A stretch of DNA of 64,000 bases from a virus (IMGVR_UViG_3300032285_003957:32001-96000); one strand, 5' to 3'; positions 20,330 through 29,864 are shown, numbered from the stretch's first letter. Notes: generated by a model from the letters alone, not told the origin. Made by a program: numbers and translations.

Positions 20330-21655
20330 ATGGAAAGTATTTTTATTTCAACCAATGGTAATTATTTTGTCACAAACGAGGTAATGTATTCAGTATACGA
20401 GGATAAGTCATACAAATTAGACGAGATTTCTCTTGAGAAATTCATTGATATTTTCAGTGAAAACACGCATTTTTCTTTAAAACATAAAATTCACGAAATC
20501 AAAGAATTAGCCGCTTACCAAAGAAGAATTACATACCAATTAATGGAAGGTTTATCAAATGTAATGAAAACCGAATTAATGATGGAGTATGAATATAAAT
20601 TTGGTGGTTTACTATTGACAGAAAATTACGCTCTACTTGAAAACTGGTTTGGTGATGCATGGAATTGGACCAAAGATAAAGTTGTTGGTGCAGGTAAAGC
20701 TATTGCAAATGGAGTTAGTTGGGTTGGTGGTAAAATTGTTGATGGAATTAAATGGGGTTGGGATAAATTAAAAGCATTTGGTGCATTCGCTATTAAAACA
20801 GGTAAGGATTTAGTTGCTTGTATTAGTGGTGGTGGGTGTTCACCCTTTTTTGAGGATTTTCGTGAAATGTTATTTAATCCTGCAAGTATTGCAGTTGAGA
20901 CTTTCTTAAGTATAACAGGCGTGGGTGCAGCAATTCCTGCAGTTTTGTGGGGAATTATGCTTGCTTGGGATTTATACCTTATGGTAAGTGATTACAAAAA
21001 TTTTAGTTGGTTAAATTTAATATTGGATATACTGGGCGTTGGGCTTGGCACTATTGCTAAGGGTTTTAGAACCCTATTAGGTGGTGAAGCAGCAATCGCT
21101 AAAACTGCAGGTAAAGAATTACCTGCTATTATTCAATGGGGTGAAAAAATACCTGGTGTTAAACAAGTTTTTGAAAAAGTAGGTGGTGTATTGAAAGATA
21201 GTTTAGGAACAATTTCAAGTGGTTTGAAATCTGCGGGAACTTTTCTTTCTGAAAAATTAGGTTTAAAATGGGTCGGTAAAATTGTCGATTCGTTTTCATC
21301 TAAAGCTGCTGAATTATTGGATAAATTAGGCGTTAAAGGAGGTAAAGAAAAATTAGGTCAGCAAGTTGATGCTATGTATGGTAAAACTGCAACAGGTAGA
21401 ACTTTCAAAGCTGCGGGAAAAGTTCAATCAGCTAACAAAGCTCTTTTACAAAAAGGAATTAGTGGTGGTGTAAAACATGGTGCAATAGCTCAAGGAGTTA
21501 TGACAGGTGCGGAATCTGAAACAGGACAAAAAATATTATCAAAAGCAGGTAACACTGTTGGAGCAATATTAGGAACTAATAAGGGTGCGGCAGCCGGAGA
21601 TGTGTCAAAATCTTTAGCAACAAGCTCAGGTTTTGTTGATGGTATTGACTATTAA
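20330..21655 (+). CDS. candidate virion/ejection protein with hydrophobic Gly/Ala-rich helices
   Basis: 441 aa; LLE-NWFGDAW boundary followed by membrane-like segments. Confidence 0.6.
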   Translation: MESIFISTNGNYFVTNEVMYSVYEDKSYKLDEISLEKFIDIFSENTHFSLKHKIHEIKELAAYQRRITYQLMEGLSNVMKTELMMEYEYKFGGLLLTENYALLENWFGDAWNWTKDKVVGAGKAIANGVSWVGGKIVDGIKWGWDKLKAFGAFAIKTGKDLVACISGGGCSPFFEDFREMLFNPASIAVETFLSITGVGAAIPAVLWGIMLAWDLYLMVSDYKNFSWLNLILDILGVGLGTIAKGFRTLLGGEAAIAKTAGKELPAIIQWGEKIPGVKQVFEKVGGVLKDSLGTISSGLKSAGTFLSEKLGLKWVGKIVDSFSSKAAELLDKLGVKGGKEKLGQQVDAMYGKTATGRTFKAAGKVQSANKALLQKGISGGVKHGAIAQGVMTGAESETGQKILSKAGNTVGAILGTNKGAAAGDVSKSLATSSGFVDGIDY

Positions 21656-21673
21656 AAAAAGAAAACAAAGAAA

Positions 21674-23764
21674 ATGGAAAGTATAAAAAGAATCAAATTA
21701 ATCATGGGGTATGATATGACAAAAACCCTAAATGAAAATAAGGTAGCATTATCTATTATTGAAGAAAACGATAATGAATATGATATCAATGAAGGTGAAT
21801 ATGACGCAATGGCTAGGTCATTTGAAACTGCATTAAAAGGTGCAGGTGAAGAATTACCTGTATTAAAATCGGCTATTGAAGATGCTGCAAATGCGGGTAA
21901 ACCTTTTAAAACTACAGGAAAATTACCAATTAAAAACATTGAGGAGTTTGAAGCAGCTTTAGCAAAAGGTGAGATTCCTGCTGTGGATTTAGGTAGAATG
22001 AGAAAAACTATTATTAATGACGCATCAACTGCTGCGGAAGCAAAAGCTGCGTTTAGAAATAGTATGACAAGTGATGCTGGTTTTATCAAAAAATATAACA
22101 CAGTTGCATATAAAGATGCAAAATCAATAGAAGCTGAATTAACAAGAAAAGGTTATAGTCCTGAACAAGCTAAAGCAATGTCTGAAGAGTTTTGGACAAA
22201 AAAGAAAGCGGGTAAATTAGGTGCACCTGGACCTGCAGCTGCGGGAACGACGGTGGCTAAAGATGCTGATGCAGCAACTGCCGCAGGTAAAGACAGCAAA
22301 GGTAAAACACAAACACAAACACAAAGTGGTCAAGGTAATGTGCAAGCCGGTCGTGATGCAAACATTAATAACACCACTAACATAACTAACAACTATATGA
22401 GTAAGGGTGTTGGCGATGTTCGTGACATTAAAAAAGTTGGTGGAACAGTTGCTGAAGATGCTGCTGCGGTAGATAAAAATATTGAAACAGCGATGAAGGA
22501 TGAAAAAGTTCCAACAGAAACTAAAGAAAAATTAGAAAATAATAGATCAAAAACTAAAAAAATTAGTAATTGGGATAAATTCAAAAATACTGCTAAAAAA
22601 GTATTAAGTAAAAAATGGCTTTATGCTTTAGGTATTATTGGCGGTGGTTATCTTGTATTAAAATGGTTATTTGGTGGTAATACTCATCCTGATATTCCAG
22701 AATGGCCAGATTGTTTAAGTGATGTTTACAACAATGGTGCCGATAATGTTGAATTATTAGGAACCAAGGGTGGTAACCCAATTTTACATGTTAAAGTTAC
22801 AGGAAGATATCCTGAAGTAGATAAAGTAGGTGGTGTATGGTTATACACATCAGGAACTGTAATGAGTGCTGATGGTGGTAAAACTAAAAAAGGTAAATGG
22901 AGTTGTCCTGCAGAAGCAGAAGAAACAGCTGCCACATCAGAAATACCTGATGAAACACCATTAGCAGAGCAAACTGCGCCTGCTGAAGATAATTTAGGTC
23001 AATTGGTAATTACATGGGATGGTGAGGAAGCACCTAAACCAATTACAGGTGGAACAACAGGTGACACAACAACATTGACTGGTAGCACAACAACTTACAA
23101 ACAATGTTCAGATTTACCATTTGCATTTGGTTGTAAAAATGATAAAATCAAAGAAATTCAAACATGTCTTGGTTTAGAAAGTAGATACCAAACAGGTAAT
23201 TTTGGGCCAATAACTCAAGATGCTATTTCAAAGAAAATTGCTGACGGAACATATAAATCAATGACCGCAGAAGCATTCAAAAATAATGGTATCCTTAAAG
23301 AGTTGTATGACGATATAATGCAACAATGTAAAGGTGGTGCAACATCAGGCTCAACTTCAGGTGATACATCAACAACTTCAGGAACTACTTCAGGTGCAAC
23401 AGCTACAACAACAGGTGCGACATCGGGTAATACCGCAACAACTTCAGGAGCTACATCGGGTAATACCGCAACAACTTCAGGAGCAACAGCAACTGATACA
23501 GTAGCAGAAGGTAAAACATTATATAATAGCTTAAGAGAAAATAAGAAAAACGATACTTGGCCAAGAATTGAGGTAAAAGGTGATGGAAGAATTAGATTTA
23601 AGGGTCCTCAACCATCAGATGCTGATTTGAGTAAATTAGATGCTTATATTAAAACATTAGGTTATAATATGATACCTCAAAGAGATACTCAATTAGATAA
23701 AACATACGGCGGTCAACCAGGTGTTAAGTATGTATGGGAAAAACCACAAGAACCAACAGCGTAA
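21674..23764 (+). CDS. large candidate virion protein with TM segment and Thr/Ser/Gly-rich repeats
   Basis: 696 aa; LNE leader; TSGNTATTSGA repeats. Confidence 0.65.
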   Translation: MESIKRIKLIMGYDMTKTLNENKVALSIIEENDNEYDINEGEYDAMARSFETALKGAGEELPVLKSAIEDAANAGKPFKTTGKLPIKNIEEFEAALAKGEIPAVDLGRMRKTIINDASTAAEAKAAFRNSMTSDAGFIKKYNTVAYKDAKSIEAELTRKGYSPEQAKAMSEEFWTKKKAGKLGAPGPAAAGTTVAKDADAATAAGKDSKGKTQTQTQSGQGNVQAGRDANINNTTNITNNYMSKGVGDVRDIKKVGGTVAEDAAAVDKNIETAMKDEKVPTETKEKLENNRSKTKKISNWDKFKNTAKKVLSKKWLYALGIIGGGYLVLKWLFGGNTHPDIPEWPDCLSDVYNNGADNVELLGTKGGNPILHVKVTGRYPEVDKVGGVWLYTSGTVMSADGGKTKKGKWSCPAEAEETAATSEIPDETPLAEQTAPAEDNLGQLVITWDGEEAPKPITGGTTGDTTTLTGSTTTYKQCSDLPFAFGCKNDKIKEIQTCLGLESRYQTGNFGPITQDAISKKIADGTYKSMTAEAFKNNGILKELYDDIMQQCKGGATSGSTSGDTSTTSGTTSGATATTTGATSGNTATTSGATSGNTATTSGATATDTVAEGKTLYNSLRENKKNDTWPRIEVKGDGRIRFKGPQPSDADLSKLDAYIKTLGYNMIPQRDTQLDKTYGGQPGVKYVWEKPQEPTA
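23420..23485 (+). repeat. 33-bp tandem coding repeat x2 (TSGNTATTSGA)
   Basis: acatcgggtaataccgcaacaacttcaggagc repeated directly. Confidence 0.85.
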
Positions 23765-23765
23765 T

Positions 23766-24533
23766 ATGAAAAATATTAAATTAGTAGTTAAAGAAAACCT
23801 CATTAAAAGATTTCAATTGCAAGAATCTGTTAATGCAATATTATTAGAAGAAAACGACAATAGAAAATTTAACATGACTATTCATCATTTGGGTAAACTT
23901 ATTGATGAGGGTTATGATGAGGGACAATTACATCAACATTTGGATGAACAATTTGATTGGTTAAGAAATTTGTTTGGTGGAGGCGGTTCTAATTCAAAAG
24001 ATATTGCTAATCATAATTCTGTTTTACAAACTGGTGAAACTTCGGCGTTTAATCAATTAAAACAATGGGGTATCAGAAAATTTTTAGGCGCGTTAGGTAT
24101 AGATTCTGAGGGACCTATGGCATATGCTATTTCAACTGCATTTACCGATATGAGTTTAATGGACATTATTTCTGTGTTTAGAGATAGACAAGGTTGTATT
24201 AGTCATTCGGATAATGTAGCAAGAGGTGTGATTGATGGTGCTGTAGCGGCAATGAGAGCTGAAGCGGGACCAAACTCAATGATTGGTAATTTTTTACAAA
24301 ATGCAATATCACAAACTCTTTATGATAAGGGTATGTTTAGAAAAATTGGTTCAGCAGTTTGTAACATGGTCTACGGAAAAGCATCAAAAAGTCTTTTACC
24401 TAAAGCGGCACAGAAAGCAATTGATGAACCAAAACCTACAGTAGCGGCGCCAACTAAAACAGTAAAAGCACCTACTGATGACGATTATCAATTTAAATCA
24501 GATTTTAGCAAAGATACGTCACCGTTATCTTAA
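23766..24533 (+). CDS. candidate virion protein
   Basis: start moved to ATG 23766; same operon as the preceding genes. Confidence 0.6.
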   Translation: MKNIKLVVKENLIKRFQLQESVNAILLEENDNRKFNMTIHHLGKLIDEGYDEGQLHQHLDEQFDWLRNLFGGGGSNSKDIANHNSVLQTGETSAFNQLKQWGIRKFLGALGIDSEGPMAYAISTAFTDMSLMDIISVFRDRQGCISHSDNVARGVIDGAVAAMRAEAGPNSMIGNFLQNAISQTLYDKGMFRKIGSAVCNMVYGKASKSLLPKAAQKAIDEPKPTVAAPTKTVKAPTDDDYQFKSDFSKDTSPLS

Positions 24534-24549
24534 TTATATGATATTTATT

Positions 24550-24660
24550 AGTAGAGTTTGGCGGTTTGGTCGCCGTTGAATGATAACTCTATTAAACGAA
24601 AAGGAGGTATTCTAAATCTCGACAAAGGGTCTTCGGACCTTTTGTTCGTTTATAGAGTTA
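24550..24660 (+). ncRNA. putative late small structured RNA containing an extended Shine-Dalgarno-like segment
   Basis: TATTTAT at 24542; several inverted repeats; cUUCGg hairpin with a G-U pair on the + strand; AAAGGAGGTATTC with no start codon following. Confidence 0.5.
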
Positions 24661-24722
24661 CCACAAACAAAAAACCCCTCGTAGAAACGAAGGGTGATGT
24701 TTTAGCGGTGGCTAAAACAAAA

Positions 24723-25119
24723 TGGTGGAGATGACGAGACTCGAACTCGTGTCTTTCCTGCTCAACAATAAATGACTACACGTTTATTACAACATTGTTT
24801 CTCAATGTTCCGAAATATCAGGTTTGATATATGTGAGAACCCTACCTGCAAACAACTTGGTCTTAGAATTATTTTAAACGAGCTCTAACCTGTCACCCGT
24901 ATATTGGACTTCTGTTCCTAGGTTAATGTCCTAATCGACCCGTGCATAGGAGGCTAACTTAGTTAGGCTGCTACTTTAGAAGTTGCAAGAATACCTGCAA
25001 TTTCCATGTTGTTGTAAACGTTGCCGTTTGAATTTTTCCACCGTAGATTTAAGTCATAGATGAAGTCTGACTACGTGCCATCTATCCCTGATACCTGAAA
25101 TCAATTCCAAAGCATCCCC
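24723..25119 (-). ncRNA. ssrA: tmRNA; tag GNVYNNMEIAGILATSKVAA* at 25025-24963
   Basis: 5' GGGGATG pairs with 3' CATCTCC-ACCA with G3-U; GTTCGAGTC T-loop; internal tag ending AA-stop; 397 nt. Confidence 0.95.
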
Positions 25120-25140
25120 ATATTTTAAAGAACTATAATG

Positions 25141-25148
25141 CAAATATA
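25141..25148 (-). promoter_or_regulatory. Bacteroidota-type -7 box (TATATTTG) for tmRNA
   Basis: matches TAnnTTTG 22 nt upstream of the tmRNA 5' end. Confidence 0.65.
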
Positions 25149-25206
25149 GATAAAAAAGGGGTTAAAAACAAATTTAACCCCGAAATATTCTATATACGTA
25201 AATTAA

Positions 25207-25413
25207 TTACTTAGTTTTTTTTGCTGCTTTTTTAGCTGCAGGTTTTTTAACTGTTTTTTTAACCTTTTCTTTAACTTCTACTTCAGCAACTTTAGCTTTT
25301 ACTTCTTTTACCTCTTCAACTACAGCAGTTTCAAGTTGGGTTAATTCAGCCGCTTTTTCAGCGATAGAACCACCGCCTAATAAACTTTTAATTAATTCGA
25401 TAATTTTTTTCAT
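25207..25413 (-). CDS. small Lys/Ala-rich protein
   Basis: 68 aa with basic C-terminal tail; TATTTATA upstream. Confidence 0.6.
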   Translation of the reverse strand: MKKIIELIKSLLGGGSIAEKAAELTQLETAVVEEVKEVKAKVAEVEVKEKVKKTVKKPAAKKAAKKTK

Positions 25414-25436
25414 AAGATTCTTTTTATATAAATATA

Positions 25437-26135
25437 TTATTTTTGGACAAAATCGACAGTTCGTAAAGGAAGCGTTTTATCATATAAAGCCTCAAAAAAC
25501 AACTTATTTTTTTCCCATTGTTTATTTGTCACCCCAATCGATAAATGAGTTAACTCAATTTTGGTTGTTACCCCAATTTTAACACCCTCTAAGAAATTGG
25601 ATACACAAAATGAAATATCATAAAAATGGAACCCACTAAATTGTTCGTCAAATTGTTTTTTAATTTGCGATTTACGAACTGCAAAAAATAAACCATCAAC
25701 AATTACAACAGGCTTCAAATTATCATTATATGTCTTTTTGTTGAAAACAGATAAATGTCTTTTACCTTCATGAACGTGCCCAACTTTACCATACATATCA
25801 GGTCTATTATCCCACCAACAACCACTAGTTAAGTTATCAGTTCCGGCCACACCAATAATACCGTAATCAGAATGCTTTTCAAAAAGCTTAACTATCTTTG
25901 GTGTGATATTAGGTGTTTCCAAAACAATATCATCGTGCATAAAAACGACAATATCATTATCGGCTGCGTTTAATCCTTTATTATAAATTTGAGTTAAGGA
26001 TTCTTCACCATTATTCTCATATATTAAAATCTGAGTTTTCGGATGAGAAAACTTTTTTTCAATGTGTTTTAAAAAATCATCATTTATTTCTCGTGTTGAT
26101 ATTACAACACTGATTACTTCATTAGTCTTTGACAT
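25437..26135 (-). CDS. GT2-like glycosyltransferase
   Basis: YNKGL..VVFMHDD..GIIGVAG..VDGLFFA..FHFYD. Confidence 0.75.
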   Translation of the reverse strand: MSKTNEVISVVISTREINDDFLKHIEKKFSHPKTQILIYENNGEESLTQIYNKGLNAADNDIVVFMHDDIVLETPNITPKIVKLFEKHSDYGIIGVAGTDNLTSGCWWDNRPDMYGKVGHVHEGKRHLSVFNKKTYNDNLKPVVIVDGLFFAVRKSQIKKQFDEQFSGFHFYDISFCVSNFLEGVKIGVTTKIELTHLSIGVTNKQWEKNKLFFEALYDKTLPLRTVDFVQK

Positions 26136-26871
26136 ATATTGCTTGTATTTTACCGTCGATTTCAACTAAGTCAACAACGATTGGTTTATTTATTGGTTTA
26201 TATTGTGCGTCACATGTTGATGCGTTTACAAACATTGTATCTCCATCATGTTGAACGCCATAACCTTCATGTATATGTCCAAAAACATTTACCAAAGGGT
26301 TGATAGTTTTAATTCTGTTTATTAAACATTCACAACCAACATGTATATTTGGTTGTCTCCAATTGTTAACTAAATCACCATATCCGTTTGGTGGTCCATG
26401 TGTAATTAATACATCTGTATCTTCAGGTATGAAACTCCACTTTGCTTGTAATTCAGTTCCTAATCTTGGTAAGTTAAAAGCCCAATTATAAAATTCAGGT
26501 TGCCAAGGACTACCATAAAATTTAATAGGTCTTGAGAACTCAGGACTTTCAATCATGATAAAATCATCTTGCAAATATGTTACATTTGATTGTGATAAAT
26601 TTTCCGATGCCATTAAATTATGTAACCAATCATAATCACCTTTATGATGAGGCTGATTGACTTTTTCAAAACAAAAATCATGATTACCTGCGATAAAAAT
26701 TTTAGTGTCAAACCCCTCAATGTTTTGAAACCAATAAACAAAATTAGTTACATCAACTTCACCACCTTTATTGGAAATATCACCGGCATGGATTAACACA
26801 TCACCTTTAGGTAACTCATGTTCCATTAGTTTATGTAAACTATGTGTATCAGATATACAAACTATTCTCAT
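26122..26871 (-). CDS. calcineurin-like metallophosphoesterase
   Basis: SDTH, HAGD, GNHD, THGPP, GHIHE motifs. Confidence 0.9.
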   Translation of the reverse strand: MRIVCISDTHSLHKLMEHELPKGDVLIHAGDISNKGGEVDVTNFVYWFQNIEGFDTKIFIAGNHDFCFEKVNQPHHKGDYDWLHNLMASENLSQSNVTYLQDDFIMIESPEFSRPIKFYGSPWQPEFYNWAFNLPRLGTELQAKWSFIPEDTDVLITHGPPNGYGDLVNNWRQPNIHVGCECLINRIKTINPLVNVFGHIHEGYGVQHDGDTMFVNASTCDAQYKPINKPIVVDLVEIDGKIQAIYVKD

Positions 26872-26902
26872 GATTAAAATATACAAAAAATTATTGTAAA
26901 GA

Positions 26903-26931
26903 CAAAAAAAAAGTCAGAATTTCTTCTGACT
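26903..26931 (-). terminator. intrinsic terminator downstream of the large ncRNA
   Basis: agtcagaa/ttctgact stem followed by a U-tract on the minus strand. Confidence 0.8.
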
Positions 26932-26999
26932 AAATTTTTTAGGATCGTATGGTTTTACATACAAACTTCCACCATTCAATTTTACTAAATTGAAAAAAT

Positions 27000-27807
27000 A
27001 AAACACTGAGAATACATGTCTTAACGAAACTCTTTAAAAGGATTATTTGATTCCCTTCGTTTCCACTAACTTTTGATTAGTAAGTTTCAGTCACGGCCAA
27101 TTAGATTAACCAATCCTTTCGCAATATCCTACTCTTTTAATACTCATTACTCATCAAATCTGCCGACCTGATTCAACCTTGCGGGTTTAGAGAACTTTCT
27201 CAAAAATCATATTGGGCTTGAGACCCTTTATGGCTGCGAACCCCTCGCAACTAAGTAGTGACCTATCGGACACTGCGGACGAACACTTTTTCTTGTTATA
27301 ATTTTAGTTGTTAAACCGCTATTAACAAAATTTAGTTTCCGAATTTGGGAAAGTAGTGGTTCGTCACCTAGCCAAGCCACCTTTTGAGCGACTCGATACT
27401 AAACTACTCTCTGTAACATCCCTGCTACCATATTTTTGGACTCCTTCAAAACTAAACCCTTGGTAGAGTTTAATAAAGGATGATAACAGCACCACCTGTT
27501 TTTCACCATACCTTTCGGTTTTAAGATTCCCATTATATTGAATCACGCAATGATATAGTCGGATAACTATACTTCTTACAATAACTCTATGGATTATTCT
27601 TATTGATGTTCCCATCTCAACCGAACAACTCGGATTGCTCGGTCATCAAACCACTTTCGCTACAGTGTTACCCTCACTACTTAAGGTTCAATGATATTCC
27701 ACTTGCCTACTCGAGCTCCATTACTGAAGCCGCAACTTACCCCAACCAAGGGTTTGTCACTTTATCCCACTTTCGTGGTTTATTTTAATCGACCATAGGC
27801 GGCCAAT
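27000..27807 (-). ncRNA. approximately 800-nt structured ncRNA, probably GOLLD-like
   Basis: no credible ORF, GC-enriched, many hairpins with GNRA loops, own promoter and terminator, next to a tRNA array; 3' hairpin GACA-UGUAUUCUCAG-UGUU resembles my recollection of the GOLLD 3' end. Confidence 0.6.
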
Positions 27808-27842
27808 ATTTTTAAATCAAAGAACTATTCTTGTTTCTTTTA

Positions 27843-27850
27843 CAAAGATA
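27843..27850 (-). promoter_or_regulatory. Bacteroidota-type -7 box (TATCTTTG) for the large ncRNA
   Basis: TAnnTTTG match. Confidence 0.7.
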
Positions 27851-27905
27851 TAAAAAATATTTCAAAAAAAGAAATGTTTTTTAAACTTTTTCTATTTTAT
27901 TTTTT

Positions 27906-28103
27906 TTAAGTTGTTTTTTTTGACGCAACTTTCTCACTTGTTTGTGATTTATAATTTGGATTCTTATAAAGTTTATATTCAGTTTTTGGTGCGAAAGCCC
28001 AATTACCTCCTTTAACTCTTAATTCCGCTTCATTATCGTCAGTTCTTAACATTTCACCGATTTCGTGTCCTTTACTTGCTTTGATTAATTTAATACATTT
28101 CAT
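27906..28103 (-). CDS. hypothetical protein
   Basis: 65-aa ORF; TATCTTTG at 28131-28138. Confidence 0.6.
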   Translation of the reverse strand: MKCIKLIKASKGHEIGEMLRTDDNEAELRVKGGNWAFAPKTEYKLYKNPNYKSQTSEKVASKKTT

Positions 28104-28162
28104 AGTTTACCTCCATGTTTTAGTTATAATCAAAGATACAAAATAAATTTCAAAAAACAAAA

Positions 28163-28624
28163 TTAAATCCTTACTAAATGATTTGCTGCGTATGTCATCA
28201 ACGCACCTAAATGTTTGTATCTAACTTTATAACCCATCCCTTCAACCATACCAACTGCTTGTCTTAAAACAGAATTAGATTTGAACTTAGGATCAGGATT
28301 TAAATCGATATCAATCCATTGAGGTTTTGGTAATCCATTTTCTTTTAGATATTCCGCAATTTCAATTGACTTCCAAACTTCCGCAAGCAATCTGTTCGGT
28401 GTATTTCTTTCCATAGGTTCGGTTTCACGCGTGCATAACACGTGAGCACCTTTACCTTTTACATAAAGAGCAATAACAACACCATAGATTGTTTTTTTAT
28501 TTCCATAACATTGGGAATCAGAGCCAATGAGAATTTCCACATTCTCTCTTGTTGCGACATACTCTCTTATGTAATCTATTACATTTGGAATTGGAGTTCC
28601 ATAGAGAGTTCTAAATTTTTTCAT
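28163..28624 (-). CDS. DUF458/RNase H-like family protein
   Basis: ILIGSDSQ, EVWKSIEIA, IDIDLN motifs. Confidence 0.75.
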   Translation of the reverse strand: MKKFRTLYGTPIPNVIDYIREYVATRENVEILIGSDSQCYGNKKTIYGVVIALYVKGKGAHVLCTRETEPMERNTPNRLLAEVWKSIEIAEYLKENGLPKPQWIDIDLNPDPKFKSNSVLRQAVGMVEGMGYKVRYKHLGALMTYAANHLVRI

Positions 28625-28653
28625 TACCTTTTCATTTTATTATAATTAGTTTG

Positions 28654-28825
28654 CTGTGGTAGCAGGAGTCGAACCATGCAGGTGGAGATTCGATTAGTAA
28701 CAAAGCGCTTGCAAGCCGGTGGTCTACCCCGATATTACTAATCTATTTCTTTGTCCACGCCCGGGAGACAACCGGGTGCGTTTGCCGAGGCCATAACAGA
28801 GACAGCCAATTTTCGCCATACCACA
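28654..28825 (-). ncRNA. 172-nt tRNA-like RNA with expanded D-loop and very large variable region
   Basis: TGTGGTA/TACCACA acceptor, GCG/CGC D-stem, CCCGG/CCGGG stem, GGTTCGACTCC T-arm. Confidence 0.7.
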
Positions 28826-28886
28826 ATATAAGGACCCAGTACCTCTTATGCTTTCACTCACCTGAGTCCAACGTGAGATAAGGTTG

Positions 28887-28976
28887 CAGAGAGTGAGGGG
28901 TTCGAACCCTCGCGCCGATTTAACTCGACCTAACAGTTTAGCAAACTGCCCCCTTCACCAACTTGGGTAACTCTCT
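28887..28976 (-). tRNA. tRNA-Ser(GCT)
   Basis: cloverleaf, loop TT-GCT-AA, long variable arm. Confidence 0.92.
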
Positions 28977-28977
28977 A

Positions 28978-29250
28978 TTAGTAGATGCTGTGTCTATCTT
29001 CTTCGTTTAATAACCCTTTACCAATATCAAACTTTTCAGCTCTTCTTTTTGCTTCTTCAGCTTCTTTAACCCAACGAATCCAAGTTAATGAAATATCAAT
29101 AGGTGCTAACACCCAAGCCATAACAATAACCATTATCGTGTCCAATTCTGCTGAATTTGAGGTTACACTTCCATCGTAGCGTTGTTTGTATTTACTAAAC
29201 AATTGATAAAAACAATACACAACGCAAATCAAATAATACGTAATTAACAT
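28978..29250 (-). CDS. small membrane protein (2 TM)
   Basis: start moved to ATG 29250 outside tRNA-Gln; two hydrophobic segments. Confidence 0.6.
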   Translation of the reverse strand: MLITYYLICVVYCFYQLFSKYKQRYDGSVTSNSAELDTIMVIVMAWVLAPIDISLTWIRWVKEAEEAKRRAEKFDIGKGLLNEEDRHSIY

Positions 29251-29265
29251 AAATAAAAATTTAAG

Positions 29266-29337
29266 TTGTCCCCCAGGGAATCGAACCCCACTTATCCGGA
29301 CCAAAACCGGATGTAATAACCGATATACGAGAGGACA
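29266..29337 (-). tRNA. tRNA-Gln(TTG)
   Basis: cloverleaf, TCCGG-TTTTGGT-CCGGA. Confidence 0.9.
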
Positions 29338-29416
29338 ATAATCTCAGGCATTCTACTTCCCGCAGCACGAAATTGTATCTTACTTAGCCCACCGTTAGCG
29401 GTATGGGAACCTGAGT

Positions 29417-29491
29417 TGGAGCAGATGAGAGGAATCGAACCTCCGTCTCCTACTTGGAAGGAAGGAGTAATGACCATTATACGACATCTGC
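29417..29491 (-). tRNA. tRNA-Gly(TCC), CCA encoded
   Basis: cloverleaf, loop CT-TCC-AA, U73. Confidence 0.92.
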
Positions 29492-29590
29492 ATTCATAGC
29501 AGTTATGTGAGCGCCCAACTCACAATACCACTACGTTTTAATGGATGAAAAACATCTGCTTTTCTTTCGGACTTCCATTGGAGTCCCATG

Positions 29591-29662
29591 AGCTCAGTAA
29601 CAGACTCGAACTGTTGTCTAATGATTACAAATCACTTGTTCTACCGACTGAACTAACCGAGC
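29591..29662 (-). tRNA. tRNA-Thr(TGT)
   Basis: cloverleaf, loop TT-TGT-AA. Confidence 0.9.
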
Positions 29663-29785
29663 AATTATTGGAACTTTAGAAGGTATTCCAACTGATGGTT
29701 TATGACTTTACCACACCACGATTCGCGAGCTGTAAGACCCCAATCATTGATACTCTTCTAACGCTTACACTTCAAGTATCTAGTG

Positions 29786-29858
29786 AGCGGAAGACCAGGC
29801 TCGAACTGGCCACCCCGACCTTGGCAAGGTCGTGCTCTACCGAATGAGCTACTTCCGC
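29786..29858 (-). tRNA. tRNA-Gly(GCC)
   Basis: canonical cloverleaf, CT-GCC-AA-type loop, U73. Confidence 0.95.
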
Positions 29859-29864
29859 TTGTTG

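Noticed and set aside
21652-22101. 149-aa minus-strand ORF (and similar antisense ORFs such as 62089-62526 and 63589-63867)
   Set aside because: They lie fully opposite well-supported plus-strand genes.
27364-27788. Short ORFs inside the large ncRNA
   Set aside because: Atypical composition, opposite strands, and better explained by a structured RNA.
28654-28825. Group I intron-containing tRNA
   Set aside because: The insertions are far too short for a group I core and are not at the anticodon-loop position.
29666-29785. Riboswitch (for example SAM-I) in the Gly-Thr spacer
   Set aside because: Conserved core motifs could not be found and no regulated gene follows; kept only as an unassigned structured spacer.
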